Shown here: piece by piece, positions 1 to 8,962 of the stretch
Numbering within the stretch: position 1 is the first letter of the stretch
Layout: each line of letters opens with the position of its first letter
Virus record (IMG/VR): IMGVR_UViG_3300033076_000210
Location: 1 to 64,000 of that record
Reading direction: 5' to 3' (one strand)
Length of the DNA stretch: 64,000 nt
From: a virus
Lineage: Duplodnaviria; Caudoviricetes
Notes under the pieces: model-generated
What the model saw: only the letters and a program-made list of their open reading frames with translations
Told to the model about the DNA's origin: nothing
Databases searched by the model: none
Position numbers and translations under genes: made by a program

Positions 1-199
1 CAGGGATAACACACATTTCTTTGCTGAACTTTTGAACAGGGCGAGTAGAAGGGCTAGGGTCAGCAAGCATGATCTTCACAGTAGCCGCACCATTACCTCG
101 AGCCTTGCCCAGCGCCTCAACCTTGTATACGTTGGCATAAAACGCAACAAAGTCGCCGACGCGAATCGGGCGATCAATAATGTCAGTGACTTCAATCAT
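1..199 (-). CDS. hypothetical phage protein (partial, runs off left edge)
   Basis: Open frame MIEVTDIIDRPIRVGDFVAFYANVYKV...; ATGA overlap with the stop of the upstream gene; not in ORF track. Confidence 0.65.
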   Translation of the reverse strand, partial: MIEVTDIIDRPIRVGDFVAFYANVYKVEALGKARGNGAATVKIMLADPSPSTRPVQKFSKEMCVIP

Positions 200-918
200 G
201 CGTATTCCTTGTCGCTGAGTGTTTTCCACATCTTGCGTTTCTCGTGATAGCGAGCCAAGCCAGGCCAGTCGCTAGCATAGATTTTAAATTCATAGCCCGG
301 GCATTGAATCCAAGTGTTAAACTCTTTGCTCATGCGTCCGCCCCCGCCCCCGCCTGTGCCAGTGTGAGCACGTTGACGACCTGTGCGGAATGTGCCTTTA
401 CTGAACAAGTCACTGCCAAGATACATGCCTTCAAGTTCTTTAGGCCATTCAACAACCCAATCAACCCGTCCGGTCCAACCTGGATAACCGCGAGGAGCAC
501 CTTCAACGCGGCCGCCCCAGTTCTCAACACCATCGTGCGGTGCGCTGTGACTGTTGCTAACTGAGTCGCTCCAACGCATGCTGTGAGTAATCTTCAAAAC
601 CTTTGGCACTGGCACAACTGGAGCGTTCTTGCCGCGACTAATTTTGGTACCAACACACTTCCAATCATGTGGGTCACCTTCTGCGGCCTCGGCCCAGAAC
701 AAGTGCTGGTTATCAATAACCATTTGGAACCAATCGTCAATGCTTTGCTCACGCTCATACAGTTCAGCCCAGAGTGCATCCTTTGCAGCCTCGGCAATTT
801 TCAGTTTGCGTTGAGAGTTGCGGTGACGTGCAAGTTTGCGCAGGTGGGCAGTATACTTTGATTTGTCTTCAAAGATCTTACCGTCCTCGTCGCACTTGTA
901 TGCTGTAATAATACTCAT
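196..918 (-). CDS. hypothetical phage protein
   Basis: Long ORF; start moved to MSIITAYKC (ATGA overlap with 915..1283). Confidence 0.75.
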   Translation of the reverse strand: MSIITAYKCDEDGKIFEDKSKYTAHLRKLARHRNSQRKLKIAEAAKDALWAELYEREQSIDDWFQMVIDNQHLFWAEAAEGDPHDWKCVGTKISRGKNAPVVPVPKVLKITHSMRWSDSVSNSHSAPHDGVENWGGRVEGAPRGYPGWTGRVDWVVEWPKELEGMYLGSDLFSKGTFRTGRQRAHTGTGGGGGGRMSKEFNTWIQCPGYEFKIYASDWPGLARYHEKRKMWKTLSDKEYA

Positions 919-1283
919 TCGCTGTCGTCCTTGTCGTCCCACAACTTAAATGCAGGACGTTTTGTTTTTGTTTTGACGATGCCCAGCAACTCTTTTTCTT
1001 CTTCACTGAGCTTGGCCAATGCAGCCGCTTTTTTAGCTTCGCGACGTTCTTTTGCTTCACGGGCTTCTTTGGCTTTGCGATCATCTTCTTTGTGACGGAG
1101 CCACCAGCCACGCACTTCATCATCACGCAACAACAGCATGTCTTCAATCTTGTTGTCTTCGAGTTCAGTCAGTGCCTTGCAGGCAATACGTGCCAGCATG
1201 TCGGCTTGCTTTTTAAGTTCGCGAATTTTGCGGCGATCATCGTCGCCCGAATCCCAACTATTATCATAACTTTGGCAGGGCAT
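915..1283 (-). CDS. hypothetical phage protein (coiled-coil)
   Basis: GAGGAGG RBS upstream; 122 aa. Confidence 0.75.
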   Translation of the reverse strand: MPCQSYDNSWDSGDDDRRKIRELKKQADMLARIACKALTELEDNKIEDMLLLRDDEVRGWWLRHKEDDRKAKEAREAKERREAKKAAALAKLSEEEKELLGIVKTKTKRPAFKLWDDKDDSE

Positions 1284-1285
1284 AA

Positions 1286-1711
1286 TTATTCCTCCTCGTC
1301 CTCAACAAAACAATCGTGTTCTTCGTCATATCCACCAGCAGTTTCAATCTGAACATGGCCAAAAATCAACAGTCCTTGATCTGCACTTACTTCAAATGGC
1401 TGATCAAATTCTACAATGGCACCCAGTTCTTCGATATTGTCATATGTGTTGTCGCGAATGTCTTCAACACGAATGCAACCAATAGAGCCAGAGTCCACTG
1501 AATGACTAGTGCCGATGTTTGAACGGTAAGTGCCATCGCCGTATGCGGTGCCGAAACTGGCAAAGCGACGACCATCTTTCAGCGTAAACTCACCTTCTAC
1601 GCCACGTGGTGGATGGTTGGCCGGAAAGAACAGTTCACAAACTTCGTCCCATTCGGGGTGCATAACATAGCACAAATCGCAAATCACATAACGTCCTGCG
1701 GGCATTGTCAT
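1286..1711 (-). CDS. hypothetical phage protein
   Basis: Start moved to MTMPAGRY, with AAGGA RBS, downstream of promoter 1742-1770. Confidence 0.75.
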   Translation of the reverse strand: MTMPAGRYVICDLCYVMHPEWDEVCELFFPANHPPRGVEGEFTLKDGRRFASFGTAYGDGTYRSNIGTSHSVDSGSIGCIRVEDIRDNTYDNIEELGAIVEFDQPFEVSADQGLLIFGHVQIETAGGYDEEHDCFVEDEEE

Positions 1712-1741
1712 ATCAAGTTCCTTTTGTTTGTCTATGTGTAT

Positions 1742-1770
1742 ATTATAGCAAATTGGGCATTTTTGGTCAA
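1742..1770 (-). promoter_or_regulatory. sigma70-type early promoter TTGACC-N17-TATAAT (extended -10 TGc)
   Basis: Near-consensus -35/-10 with 17-nt spacer. Confidence 0.85.
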
Positions 1771-1772
1771 AC

Positions 1773-1797
1773 AAAACCCGCCAATCAAGCGGGTTTT
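1773..1797. terminator. intrinsic terminator (possibly bidirectional)
   Basis: aaaacccgc-caatcaa-gcgggtttt hairpin with A/T tracts on both sides. Confidence 0.75.
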
Positions 1798-1825
1798 TAG
1801 GGTTACAAAATGTAATACTCAAGTA

Positions 1826-2095
1826 TTACTGCAAATCGCCCTTGAGTGTGTGCCACAGCTTGGGGTCAGTGCCCAAGTAGATGTGATACTTTTTGTAGTT
1901 GCGCCAACGGCTGAGCTTGTTTACACCATTTTCGATCCAACGAAAGAAATCGTCGCGGAACCAAAGTGGGTTAACGATTGCCAGCAGGATCAGCACTGCC
2001 ACTGGTGCAATAAAGACAGCAACAAAAGTCCAATGGAATGTCATTGCCAGGTAGTAGTTGCCTTCGCCAGGTCGGAGTTCGATTTCTTTGTTCAT
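1826..2095 (-). CDS. small membrane protein
   Basis: One hydrophobic segment (FVAVFIAPVAVLILLAIV); AAGGA RBS. Confidence 0.75.
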   Translation of the reverse strand: MNKEIELRPGEGNYYLAMTFHWTFVAVFIAPVAVLILLAIVNPLWFRDDFFRWIENGVNKLSRWRNYKKYHIYLGTDPKLWHTLKGDLQ

Positions 2096-2122
2096 GTTTG
2101 GGAATCCTTGTCGTGATGCTGT

Positions 2123-2151
2123 ATTGTAACAAACTTTTCTATAAAACGCAA
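2123..2151 (-). promoter_or_regulatory. sigma70-type promoter TTGCGT-N17-TACAAT
   Basis: Intergenic, 17-nt spacer. Confidence 0.55.
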
Positions 2152-2152
2152 G

Positions 2153-2467
2153 TTATTTTGGTGTATCAGTTTGCTCAGACAACTTGTCAAACAATGTTAA
2201 CTTTTCGTATGCTTCCAAAATAGTGTTGTACTCTTTGGCCATGACGTCAATGCGATCTTTAAGGTATTTGAGTTGCGACTTGTCAAAACCGCGAATTGCA
2301 TCAACTGCTTTGAACGCACCGGTCATGTCGTGTTCTGCGCCTACGCTAATCCAGTGCTCGTGCCACTCTTTGTCATAGCGGCCGCTGGCACCGTGCAGTC
2401 GTGCAATCTCCGCACTAGAGACCTCGCACATGATACGGTCTTGGGTAATTTGTGCAATGACTTTCAT
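2153..2467 (-). CDS. hypothetical phage protein
   Basis: Start moved to MKVIAQ (GGAG RBS, ATGA overlap). Confidence 0.7.
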   Translation of the reverse strand: MKVIAQITQDRIMCEVSSAEIARLHGASGRYDKEWHEHWISVGAEHDMTGAFKAVDAIRGFDKSQLKYLKDRIDVMAKEYNTILEAYEKLTLFDKLSEQTDTPK

Positions 2468-2739
2468 TTTACAATCTCCACTCGACCTTCGTCGATAAAT
2501 TTGTCCCAAGCCTGGCAACGATAGCCATTGCTAAAACTCTTGTAAACTGTGCCGTCTTTTTTGATTTTCTCAAAGTTGTAGCTTTGACGGCGAGGGTCTT
2601 CTTTATCTTTGCCGTAGCAAAAAGGAGCCCATATCATTTTGACACGATACAAGCCAGTCTTCCAGTCATCCTTTTTGTAGATGCCCGGAATAACTTCATT
2701 CAGTTTGCAAACATCACCAGCTTTGAGTTTGAATGTCAT
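2464..2739 (-). CDS. hypothetical phage protein
   Basis: Translationally coupled ORF. Confidence 0.7.
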   Translation of the reverse strand: MTFKLKAGDVCKLNEVIPGIYKKDDWKTGLYRVKMIWAPFCYGKDKEDPRRQSYNFEKIKKDGTVYKSFSNGYRCQAWDKFIDEGRVEIVK

Positions 2740-2975
2740 GCTACCACCTTCATGTTTGTCGAGCTACCATCCACACGCACACCACGTTGCTTGCCATCAA
2801 CTTCTTTAGCAATGTAATAGTGCCATTTTGTTTCAACTTCAATGCCCATCTTTGCAAGCACCAGTTCCAGCACATCAGCACGGTCAAGTTTCACGCCTGT
2901 CATCTCAACTTTAACGCCATCAATGTATGCGTCATAGTCACCCCAGGAACCTTTTTCAAGTGTAATCTTAGACAT
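2736..2975 (-). CDS. hypothetical phage protein
   Basis: AGGAG RBS, coupled ORF. Confidence 0.7.
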   Translation of the reverse strand: MSKITLEKGSWGDYDAYIDGVKVEMTGVKLDRADVLELVLAKMGIEVETKWHYYIAKEVDGKQRGVRVDGSSTNMKVVA

Positions 2976-2978
2976 ACG

Positions 2979-3164
2979 TTACTCCTTTTGTTCTTGCAGA
3001 TATTCCATCTCAACATGAAGTTCTACCAACAACTCGTTCATCTTTTCCACAATGTGGGTCCGTTTGCAAGTAGCCACTTTGAACTTATCAATCGCTTGTC
3101 CAATGTGAAACTGTGTCTCTGCCATTAGTTCAATTTGCTTTTGGAGAATTTCGTTGCGTGACAT
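2979..3164 (-). CDS. hypothetical phage protein
   Basis: Start moved to MSRNEILQK (AAGGA RBS). Confidence 0.6.
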   Translation of the reverse strand: MSRNEILQKQIELMAETQFHIGQAIDKFKVATCKRTHIVEKMNELLVELHVEMEYLQEQKE

Positions 3165-3165
3165 A

Positions 3166-3396
3166 TCAAGATTCCTTAGTTTCAGGTTTGTTACACAACC
3201 AGTAAACTTCGTTGATACCACAGAGTTTACAAGTACCACCTTCATGCTCATAACCTTTCAGAGCAGGACTAAAATCATGTTTACATTCCCAGCGATATGA
3301 TTTTAACTCACCAATCACAGCATCTTGCTCTGCCAACCGTTGTGCAATTTCACGGCGAGTTTTTTCAGCATAATTGATTTGGTCTAACAGTGTCAT
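3166..3396 (-). CDS. hypothetical protein with putative zinc-binding motif
   Basis: C-x-H...C-x2-C pattern; GAGGAG RBS. Confidence 0.65.
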   Translation of the reverse strand: MTLLDQINYAEKTRREIAQRLAEQDAVIGELKSYRWECKHDFSPALKGYEHEGGTCKLCGINEVYWLCNKPETKES

Positions 3397-3397
3397 T

Positions 3398-3535
3398 TTA
3401 GCTCTCCTCTACTTCTGTTGCGTAACCTTCTGATTCAAGCTCGTCAACAACTTCTTGCACAGAGGACTCTTCAACTGAACATTCCTCAACCATAAGCACA
3501 CCGCGTTTGTAGCCTTTGACGGTGTAAGTTTTCAT
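3398..3535 (-). CDS. small acidic hypothetical protein (45 aa)
   Basis: MKTYTVKGYKRGVLMVEECSV...; fills the gap exactly, ATGA overlap, AAGGA RBS; below ORF-track cutoff. Confidence 0.65.
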   Translation of the reverse strand: MKTYTVKGYKRGVLMVEECSVEESSVQEVVDELESEGYATEVEES

Positions 3536-3738
3536 TTTGATTCCTTTACCAGGCGATCCATTTCACGGTCAAATTCAACGATTGCCATAGTCTTGTACTT
3601 GAGTGCGCGGCGAGCCCAGCGGTTGCGTTCTTCTGTAGTTTCTGCTGCCTCGATAAATCCTGCCCAGGCATTGGCCTTTTCGATGGTGTCGAGAGTGTTG
3701 CCAATTGCGATGTAAAACATTGTTTCGGGTTTCATCAT
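3532..3738 (-). CDS. hypothetical phage protein
   Basis: AAGGAG RBS directly behind an early promoter. Confidence 0.7.
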   Translation of the reverse strand: MMKPETMFYIAIGNTLDTIEKANAWAGFIEAAETTEERNRWARRALKYKTMAIVEFDREMDRLVKESK

Positions 3739-3768
3739 CGTCAGCTCCTTTTGTTTCTTTGTAAGTGT

Positions 3769-3797
3769 ATTATAGCAAAACGGTAAATTTTGGTCAA
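3769..3797 (-). promoter_or_regulatory. sigma70-type early promoter TTGACC-N17-TATAAT
   Basis: Consensus, 17-nt spacer, extended -10. Confidence 0.85.
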
Positions 3798-3802
3798 CCG
3801 TT

Positions 3803-4129
3803 TTAGTGTGTGTTCAGAGCTGGATTGTATTGGGCAATCAGCTCGCGCTCACGTGCATGAGCAGGCTTGCGTCCACGCACAAATTCAACAATACCGTAGG
3901 TAAATGCATCAGCACCGTGTTCACGAATGCTGGCGCACAATGCCCATGATTTGTTTTCAGTGAGTGCGCGGCGAACATGCTTTTGCATACGAATGCGAAG
4001 TGCTCGGCGAACTTGCTGGCCGCAAACAGTAATACCAATGTATTGCTCTGCTGTCACTGTGTTGGTGATCACATACACAACATGCTTGGTATCTTGACGG
4101 CGTTTACGTGATTGCTTTTTAATTTCCAT
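3803..4129 (-). CDS. GIY-YIG family nuclease (stand-alone catalytic domain)
   Basis: VVYVITN...YIGIT, R..KH, E..LI and LN motifs; start moved to MEIKKQ. Confidence 0.75.
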   Translation of the reverse strand: MEIKKQSRKRRQDTKHVVYVITNTVTAEQYIGITVCGQQVRRALRIRMQKHVRRALTENKSWALCASIREHGADAFTYGIVEFVRGRKPAHARERELIAQYNPALNTH

Positions 4130-4135
4130 ACATGT

Positions 4136-4164
4136 ATTATAACCGAAATTGCATTTTCGGTCAA
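4136..4164 (-). promoter_or_regulatory. sigma70-type early promoter TTGACC-N17-TATAAT (leaderless transcript)
   Basis: Consensus; ATG 6 nt after the -10 box. Confidence 0.85.
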
Positions 4165-4199
4165 CCAAAAAGTAACACTACAAAAGTATTACTTTTTGG
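4165..4199. terminator. inverted repeat / probable terminator
   Basis: ccaaaaagtaa ... ttactttttgg arms. Confidence 0.5.
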
Positions 4200-4228
4200 G
4201 GTTGGAAAAATGTAAACTTTAGTTTACT

Positions 4229-4435
4229 TTAGCGAACTGCGCCTTCGTAGCGGGCAATTACATACCAGTCCGGGACTTCGGGCTTGTTGTTGTGCTCGTT
4301 GTTGTAATCTTCTGCATACTTACGAGCTTCTGCTTCGTTGTCAAAGTAGACATCGTCCCAGGGTTTTTGTCCCCAACCACGTTCATATTCAGTGAGCGAA
4401 ACGCGGAAACCAGTGGGTTTAGTAATACGGGGCAT
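4229..4435 (-). CDS. hypothetical phage protein
   Basis: AAGGAG RBS; EYERGWG motif. Confidence 0.75.
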   Translation of the reverse strand: MPRITKPTGFRVSLTEYERGWGQKPWDDVYFDNEAEARKYAEDYNNEHNNKPEVPDWYVIARYEGAVR

Positions 4436-4477
4436 TGTGGGCTCCTTTCTTCTGGGTTACTGGGATGGTGTAGTTAT

Positions 4478-4506
4478 AGTATAACCGATCACCAATTAAA
4501 GGTCAA
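4478..4506 (-). promoter_or_regulatory. sigma70-type early promoter TTGACC-N17-TATACT
   Basis: Near-consensus, 17-nt spacer. Confidence 0.8.
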
Positions 4507-4512
4507 CCGCTG

Positions 4513-6459
4513 TTAGATGATTTTTTGGCTTGCTGCCTCGGCTGCTGTGTACTGTCCAGAAGTGATCGAAATTTGCGGGCTTGGAACTACATCATCTACT
4601 ATGATGTCTGTACCCACTCCAGCGTTGCTTAACAACACCTGATTTCGAGCTTCGCGCATGGATGAAATAATAGCTTGCCCGCCCTGAGTTGATGTATTAG
4701 CAACAGATTCAAAGAACCAAGCAGCACCGCCAACTGAGGTGGCCAGGCCATATTGTCCAATATCAGTTGCTAACGATGTTGGCTGAATGCCCGGCACTAA
4801 ATCAGCAAATACTATGTTTGCCTGTGCTTGGGTCGATTGTTCAAGTGCTATCTGGGCAGCAATATTAGACCACGCGGAATTTGCCACAGTAACATTCGAA
4901 CTATTGTTAGCAATAATGTTACCAATCAATGAATACGCCGCAGGGATCAATCCTATGCCCGGTGTGCCAGGGCCAGTGAATGCTACGTTTCCGTCGCTAT
5001 AAGTTCCTTCTCCCGGGAGCCCACCCGGGATAACAATTGAATTTGCAACATCACCGTAGACACCGTCGATGACATTTTGCATCACTGTATAAACACCTGT
5101 AGTACTGTCAGTCAATGTATTCAATGTACCAGTGGATGTCATCGAAGTTAATATTGTATTAACCGTTGATAAATTTCCGTTAACTACCCAACCGCCTGCT
5201 GATCCTATTAAGTCCGCTAACAGTAATGTTCCGTTTTCGCCTGTGCCTGACCCGTAGGTGTTTAAAAAATAGTTACTAACATCAGTAGGCAACGGAGTAG
5301 TTAATTCATTGAGTAAATTTAATCCCTTGTTGCTTTCTAGTTCTAGTGTGGCTGCACCTAGGAATGGCGTTGTTGAACTAAAAATAGATTTAACCTGTTC
5401 TAGGCCGGCCTGGATAGCTTTGTTGGCCAAGGCCCAGTCTGGCGGAATAATTTTCTTCAACTGACTGTAGGTATTCTCAGCAGTCTGGTATCCTTGTAAT
5501 GGTGCCAGCACATTACTAGGTAATGTTGTTGCAAGGTTAGTGTTGACCTGGCCGGCCGAATTGATATAAATTCCACGAAGTCCGTTTACAGTTGGTGCCG
5601 TTAACGTGTTAAAACTGGTAGGGAACATCTTTACAGGATTTAGTAAATCAGCTAATGTAGTTAATCCTGCTGTTGATACTTTTAAAATGTACAAAATCTG
5701 TGCAAGCTGATTACCAGTTATGGTAGACATCACGTCAAACACAATTTTTTGTTCTTCGTCTGTCATTGTTATGTCGGACAGATTATACAATGTATCAGAG
5801 CTAATACCAGCATTTAACAATGCAGTATTAATAAATGCAGTTCCGCCGGATTGAAAATATATTTGTCGTAGTAGTGCCTGCGGACTGCCAAGATTAGGCA
5901 AGTTAGCAAGATCAATGCTATGTCCTAGGGCAACCAAGTCGGCTCCGAAATCTCGATAGGCCAATGAGATTTGACTCAGTCCACCAGTTATTGTGTTATC
6001 TGCAGATGTATATGTAGCGTTAGATGCAGTGTTGTTGGCGTTAACTGCACTGTTAATTAATTGATTAGTAACAGATATGTAACCATCTGCTTGGGCAAAC
6101 ACTTGTTCAAACTTGCCAAGGTCACCGCTGCCCATGATATTGTTGATTTCAGTTGATACTAAATTGGTGAATCCACCAATAGAGGTATTACCAAGACTAC
6201 CAATATATGCAGACGGGACTGCGTTAGTTAATGAAGGGAATACGTTGCCGGCTAAATTGCAGAGACTTGTTTCTACACTACCCGACAATACTGAATTCCC
6301 TGTAGATTTAACATTGGCAAATTGCACTACCGCAGCAAGACTGTTGTAGCTGGATAAATTGTTCAGGGCATTGGCATTGGCAGCGATAGGCACCCCTCCG
6401 ATATTGCCAAGGATCCCTGCGGCTGCGATTAAATTAACAGAACTTAGATATCCGGCCAT
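4513..6459 (-). CDS. putative virion (baseplate/tail-associated) protein
   Basis: 648 aa, N/S/T/G-rich, coupled to the PAAR gene. Confidence 0.55.
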   Translation of the reverse strand: MAGYLSSVNLIAAAGILGNIGGVPIAANANALNNLSSYNSLAAVVQFANVKSTGNSVLSGSVETSLCNLAGNVFPSLTNAVPSAYIGSLGNTSIGGFTNLVSTEINNIMGSGDLGKFEQVFAQADGYISVTNQLINSAVNANNTASNATYTSADNTITGGLSQISLAYRDFGADLVALGHSIDLANLPNLGSPQALLRQIYFQSGGTAFINTALLNAGISSDTLYNLSDITMTDEEQKIVFDVMSTITGNQLAQILYILKVSTAGLTTLADLLNPVKMFPTSFNTLTAPTVNGLRGIYINSAGQVNTNLATTLPSNVLAPLQGYQTAENTYSQLKKIIPPDWALANKAIQAGLEQVKSIFSSTTPFLGAATLELESNKGLNLLNELTTPLPTDVSNYFLNTYGSGTGENGTLLLADLIGSAGGWVVNGNLSTVNTILTSMTSTGTLNTLTDSTTGVYTVMQNVIDGVYGDVANSIVIPGGLPGEGTYSDGNVAFTGPGTPGIGLIPAAYSLIGNIIANNSSNVTVANSAWSNIAAQIALEQSTQAQANIVFADLVPGIQPTSLATDIGQYGLATSVGGAAWFFESVANTSTQGGQAIISSMREARNQVLLSNAGVGTDIIVDDVVPSPQISITSGQYTAAEAASQKII

Positions 6460-6758
6460 TACTTTGCCAATACATTAGTGCTGCCACCGGCACGTTTATG
6501 AGTTCTGCAACTGTCTTTTGCGCCAGTTAGCACCAGAGGTTGCCCATTGGCAAAAACCGTGGTTGAATTACCGGAGACTGCAACTACACCTATACAGTGT
6601 TGTGGTTGTTTTTTGCTACAGCCCACGTGCGGCGTAAACTTAGTAAATGGTTTCAATGCCGGACGACCATTGATAAGAACATTTGTGTGGCCGGGCCCAA
6701 GCGCAACTCCGCCACCAGAGTTAAAATCTCCCACACGCTGAACTGGTTTTCCCGGCAT
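6459..6758 (-). CDS. PAAR-repeat spike-tip protein (T4 gp5.4-like)
   Basis: PVQRVGD, INGRPA and ANGQPL repeats with H/C metal ligands. Confidence 0.8.
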   Translation of the reverse strand: MPGKPVQRVGDFNSGGGVALGPGHTNVLINGRPALKPFTKFTPHVGCSKKQPQHCIGVVAVSGNSTTVFANGQPLVLTGAKDSCRTHKRAGGSTNVLAK

Positions 6759-6762
6759 ACTG

Positions 6763-7068
6763 TTATCCCATTACAATTTTTTTATCTGGTATTCTGATAC
6801 CAGTAGTAGCTTCGATGTATTTCATCTTAACTGATTCGTCTGTAAGCGCATACATTGCGATACTAGAAATATTTATCTTGACTTTTTCGTCAGGGTTTGC
6901 AGTAAAAAGACTGGGGACAAGTCCAAGGCCTTGCGGTCCAGGTGCTACACTAACAGGAGTATCAATCTCAACGTGTCCGTCGTGTGTGTCTAGTACTTTG
7001 GCAATTAACTCTTCTCCAGAGTTTAATTTAAAAGTGTATACTGCATTGTTCATTACTATTAATTTCAT
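6763..7068 (-). CDS. conserved hypothetical phage protein (possible Sm-like fold)
   Basis: FKLNSGEELIAKV motif common in T4-like phages. Confidence 0.65.
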   Translation of the reverse strand: MKLIVMNNAVYTFKLNSGEELIAKVLDTHDGHVEIDTPVSVAPGPQGLGLVPSLFTANPDEKVKINISSIAMYALTDESVKMKYIEATTGIRIPDKKIVMG

Positions 7069-7079
7069 ATGTTCCTTAA

Positions 7080-7331
7080 TTATGTTGCGGTGCCAACTTT
7101 GGCTGCGAAATCTTCTGCTGTCATTCCTGCAAGACCTTGATAGCCCCCGGGAATATGTTGTGTTCCGTTGTAAATCTGTGGTACTGATCGGAAACCTGCA
7201 TCCATAAGCATCTGACGTGCATCAGTGTCCACAGAAATATCTATAGATTCGTAAGCAACTCCTCTGCTTTCGAGTAACTGTTTTGCCATATCGCAATACG
7301 GGCAGTTGGGTTTCGAATATACTTTAATCAT
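7080..7331 (-). CDS. grx: glutaredoxin
   Basis: CPYC active site, SVPQI, GGY; downstream of nrdAB. Confidence 0.92.
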   Translation of the reverse strand: MIKVYSKPNCPYCDMAKQLLESRGVAYESIDISVDTDARQMLMDAGFRSVPQIYNGTQHIPGGYQGLAGMTAEDFAAKVGTAT

Positions 7332-7350
7332 TTTATCTTCCTTTATAAAT

Positions 7351-7581
7351 TTAACTCCACTTCAACAAAAATGCTGTGAGCTCTCTACTGTTTCCAAATA
7401 CAACACTGTTGGGTTGCATCCAATAATCTCTGCGATCATCAACATCAATTTTACAGTTGAAATATTTTTCAAAATCCTCAAATATTGTGCATTGTTCCGG
7501 AACATTCAAATGCTCGCGCAACCAGATAGCAGCGTTTTCCAGCGCCAAATGGTTCCCCGGTAACACATTACTTACATCCAT
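7351..7581 (-). CDS. hypothetical protein (C-terminal F.LKW motif)
   Basis: Ends FLLKWS; start moved to MDVSNV. Confidence 0.65.
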   Translation of the reverse strand: MDVSNVLPGNHLALENAAIWLREHLNVPEQCTIFEDFEKYFNCKIDVDDRRDYWMQPNSVVFGNSRELTAFLLKWS

Positions 7582-7865
7582 TTCAGTGTCCACACTACAA
7601 TATCATCTCGGTTGGTAAATCCCCACCACTCTTTTTTATCATCTGAGCTGCTGCTGTAACAACGAACCTGACCTTTCAGTGTTGAGTTACACCACTGATA
7701 ATAGTCTGATTTAAATCTGTGGACGCCAATTGGTTTAACACACACAAACCATTGCGATGGAAGTTCCTGGCCTTCATCGGGGATCCACAGCGGACTAGCA
7801 TCATTGCCCAACCCCTCTTGCAATGCATTAAAGGTATGGGCAAACTCCTTGCGGGTTAAGATCAT
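7572..7865 (-). CDS. hypothetical protein (C-terminal LKW motif)
   Basis: Ends WTLKWM; coupled to nrdB stop. Confidence 0.7.
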   Translation of the reverse strand: MILTRKEFAHTFNALQEGLGNDASPLWIPDEGQELPSQWFVCVKPIGVHRFKSDYYQWCNSTLKGQVRCYSSSSDDKKEWWGFTNRDDIVVWTLKWM

Positions 7866-8962
7866 AGTTCCGGTAGTGCGTCGTAATCTAAGTTATCCGA
7901 CATAACGCCGATAACATAGTTAGTTGATTCGTTCTCCTGCAATGCAGTTTGTTTGTTGCTGGTGTTAACGTGTTTGTTGAACCAAGGAATCGGCGTTGAC
8001 TTAGGTGCCGGCGATTGATACTTGATACCAATTTCTTTGAGCGCACCCACTGCGGTGTAGTCCACAAAGTCTTTTAGAATTTGTGCGTTGAGACCAATCA
8101 CTGGTCCAAACTTGAACAAGTAATCTGCCCAGGCCTTTTCTTCTCCGATTACTTCCATGTATAGTTGATACACTTCAGCTTCGCACTGTTGTTTGATCTT
8201 TGCAAAGCGAGGATCTTCCTTGACCACTTGATTGATCAACCAGGCTGTCCAGTCCTTGTGTAGGATTTCGTCTTGAAGAATCAAGCTAATAATGTTACCA
8301 TTGCCAATAAAGATACGATTCTCAACCATTGCTAGACTTGTAGCAAAAGATACCATGAAGCGGAACGCTTCTAGAGCATAGCTTGCATGCAGAGCTAGGT
8401 AAATTGCTTTGAGATGTTCTTCTTCACTGACTTCAATGCCGAGTTCTACCTGGCAGTTAATCTTGTGCAGAGCATCGTAGTAATTGCCTACTGAACTGGC
8501 CATGTCCACAATCTCTTGAGTATCATGAATGGTGTTGAATACGTCCTTGGGCACGTTGTAGATGTTACGGATAATGTGACTGTAACTGCGGCTATGAATG
8601 TTTGTTTCAAAGAAGCCCCAGTTATACATCAATGATTCTAGTTCTGGGATAGAACAAACAGGTGTAAACACCTGTGTTGGGCCACGACCTTGTAAACTAT
8701 CCAATGCTGTTTGGCGTAACAAGTTTGATGTAAAGATATGCTTGACGGTGTCGCTTGCATCCTTGAAGTCTTGACTGTCCTTGGTCAACGAAACTTCCTC
8801 AGGTACCCAAAAGAATCCTCTAGCTTCTTGCTCAAACTTTGTTAGCTTGTTATATTTGACTTCTTCAAATCGCTGAATAGTCACTGGCCCTGCTGGGTCC
8901 AAGAACATCTTGCGACTCAGGTAGTCTGTCTTGGTGTTTAGATTGTATTGTGCTTTGCTCAT
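7862..8962 (-). CDS. nrdB: ribonucleotide reductase class Ia beta subunit
   Basis: FFWVPEE, LDSLQ, ETNIHSRSY (radical Tyr), LEAFRF, DEILH, QENE..NY; start MSKAQY with ATGA overlap. Confidence 0.96.
   Translation of the reverse strand: MSKAQYNLNTKTDYLSRKMFLDPAGPVTIQRFEEVKYNKLTKFEQEARGFFWVPEEVSLTKDSQDFKDASDTVKHIFTSNLLRQTALDSLQGRGPTQVFTPVCSIPELESLMYNWGFFETNIHSRSYSHIIRNIYNVPKDVFNTIHDTQEIVDMASSVGNYYDALHKINCQVELGIEVSEEEHLKAIYLALHASYALEAFRFMVSFATSLAMVENRIFIGNGNIISLILQDEILHKDWTAWLINQVVKEDPRFAKIKQQCEAEVYQLYMEVIGEEKAWADYLFKFGPVIGLNAQILKDFVDYTAVGALKEIGIKYQSPAPKSTPIPWFNKHVNTSNKQTALQENESTNYVIGVMSDNLDYDALPEL

Noticed and set aside
3803-4129. GIY-YIG gene as a mobile homing endonuclease
   Set aside because: No DNA-binding (NUMOD/HTH) extension and not next to a conserved target gene.
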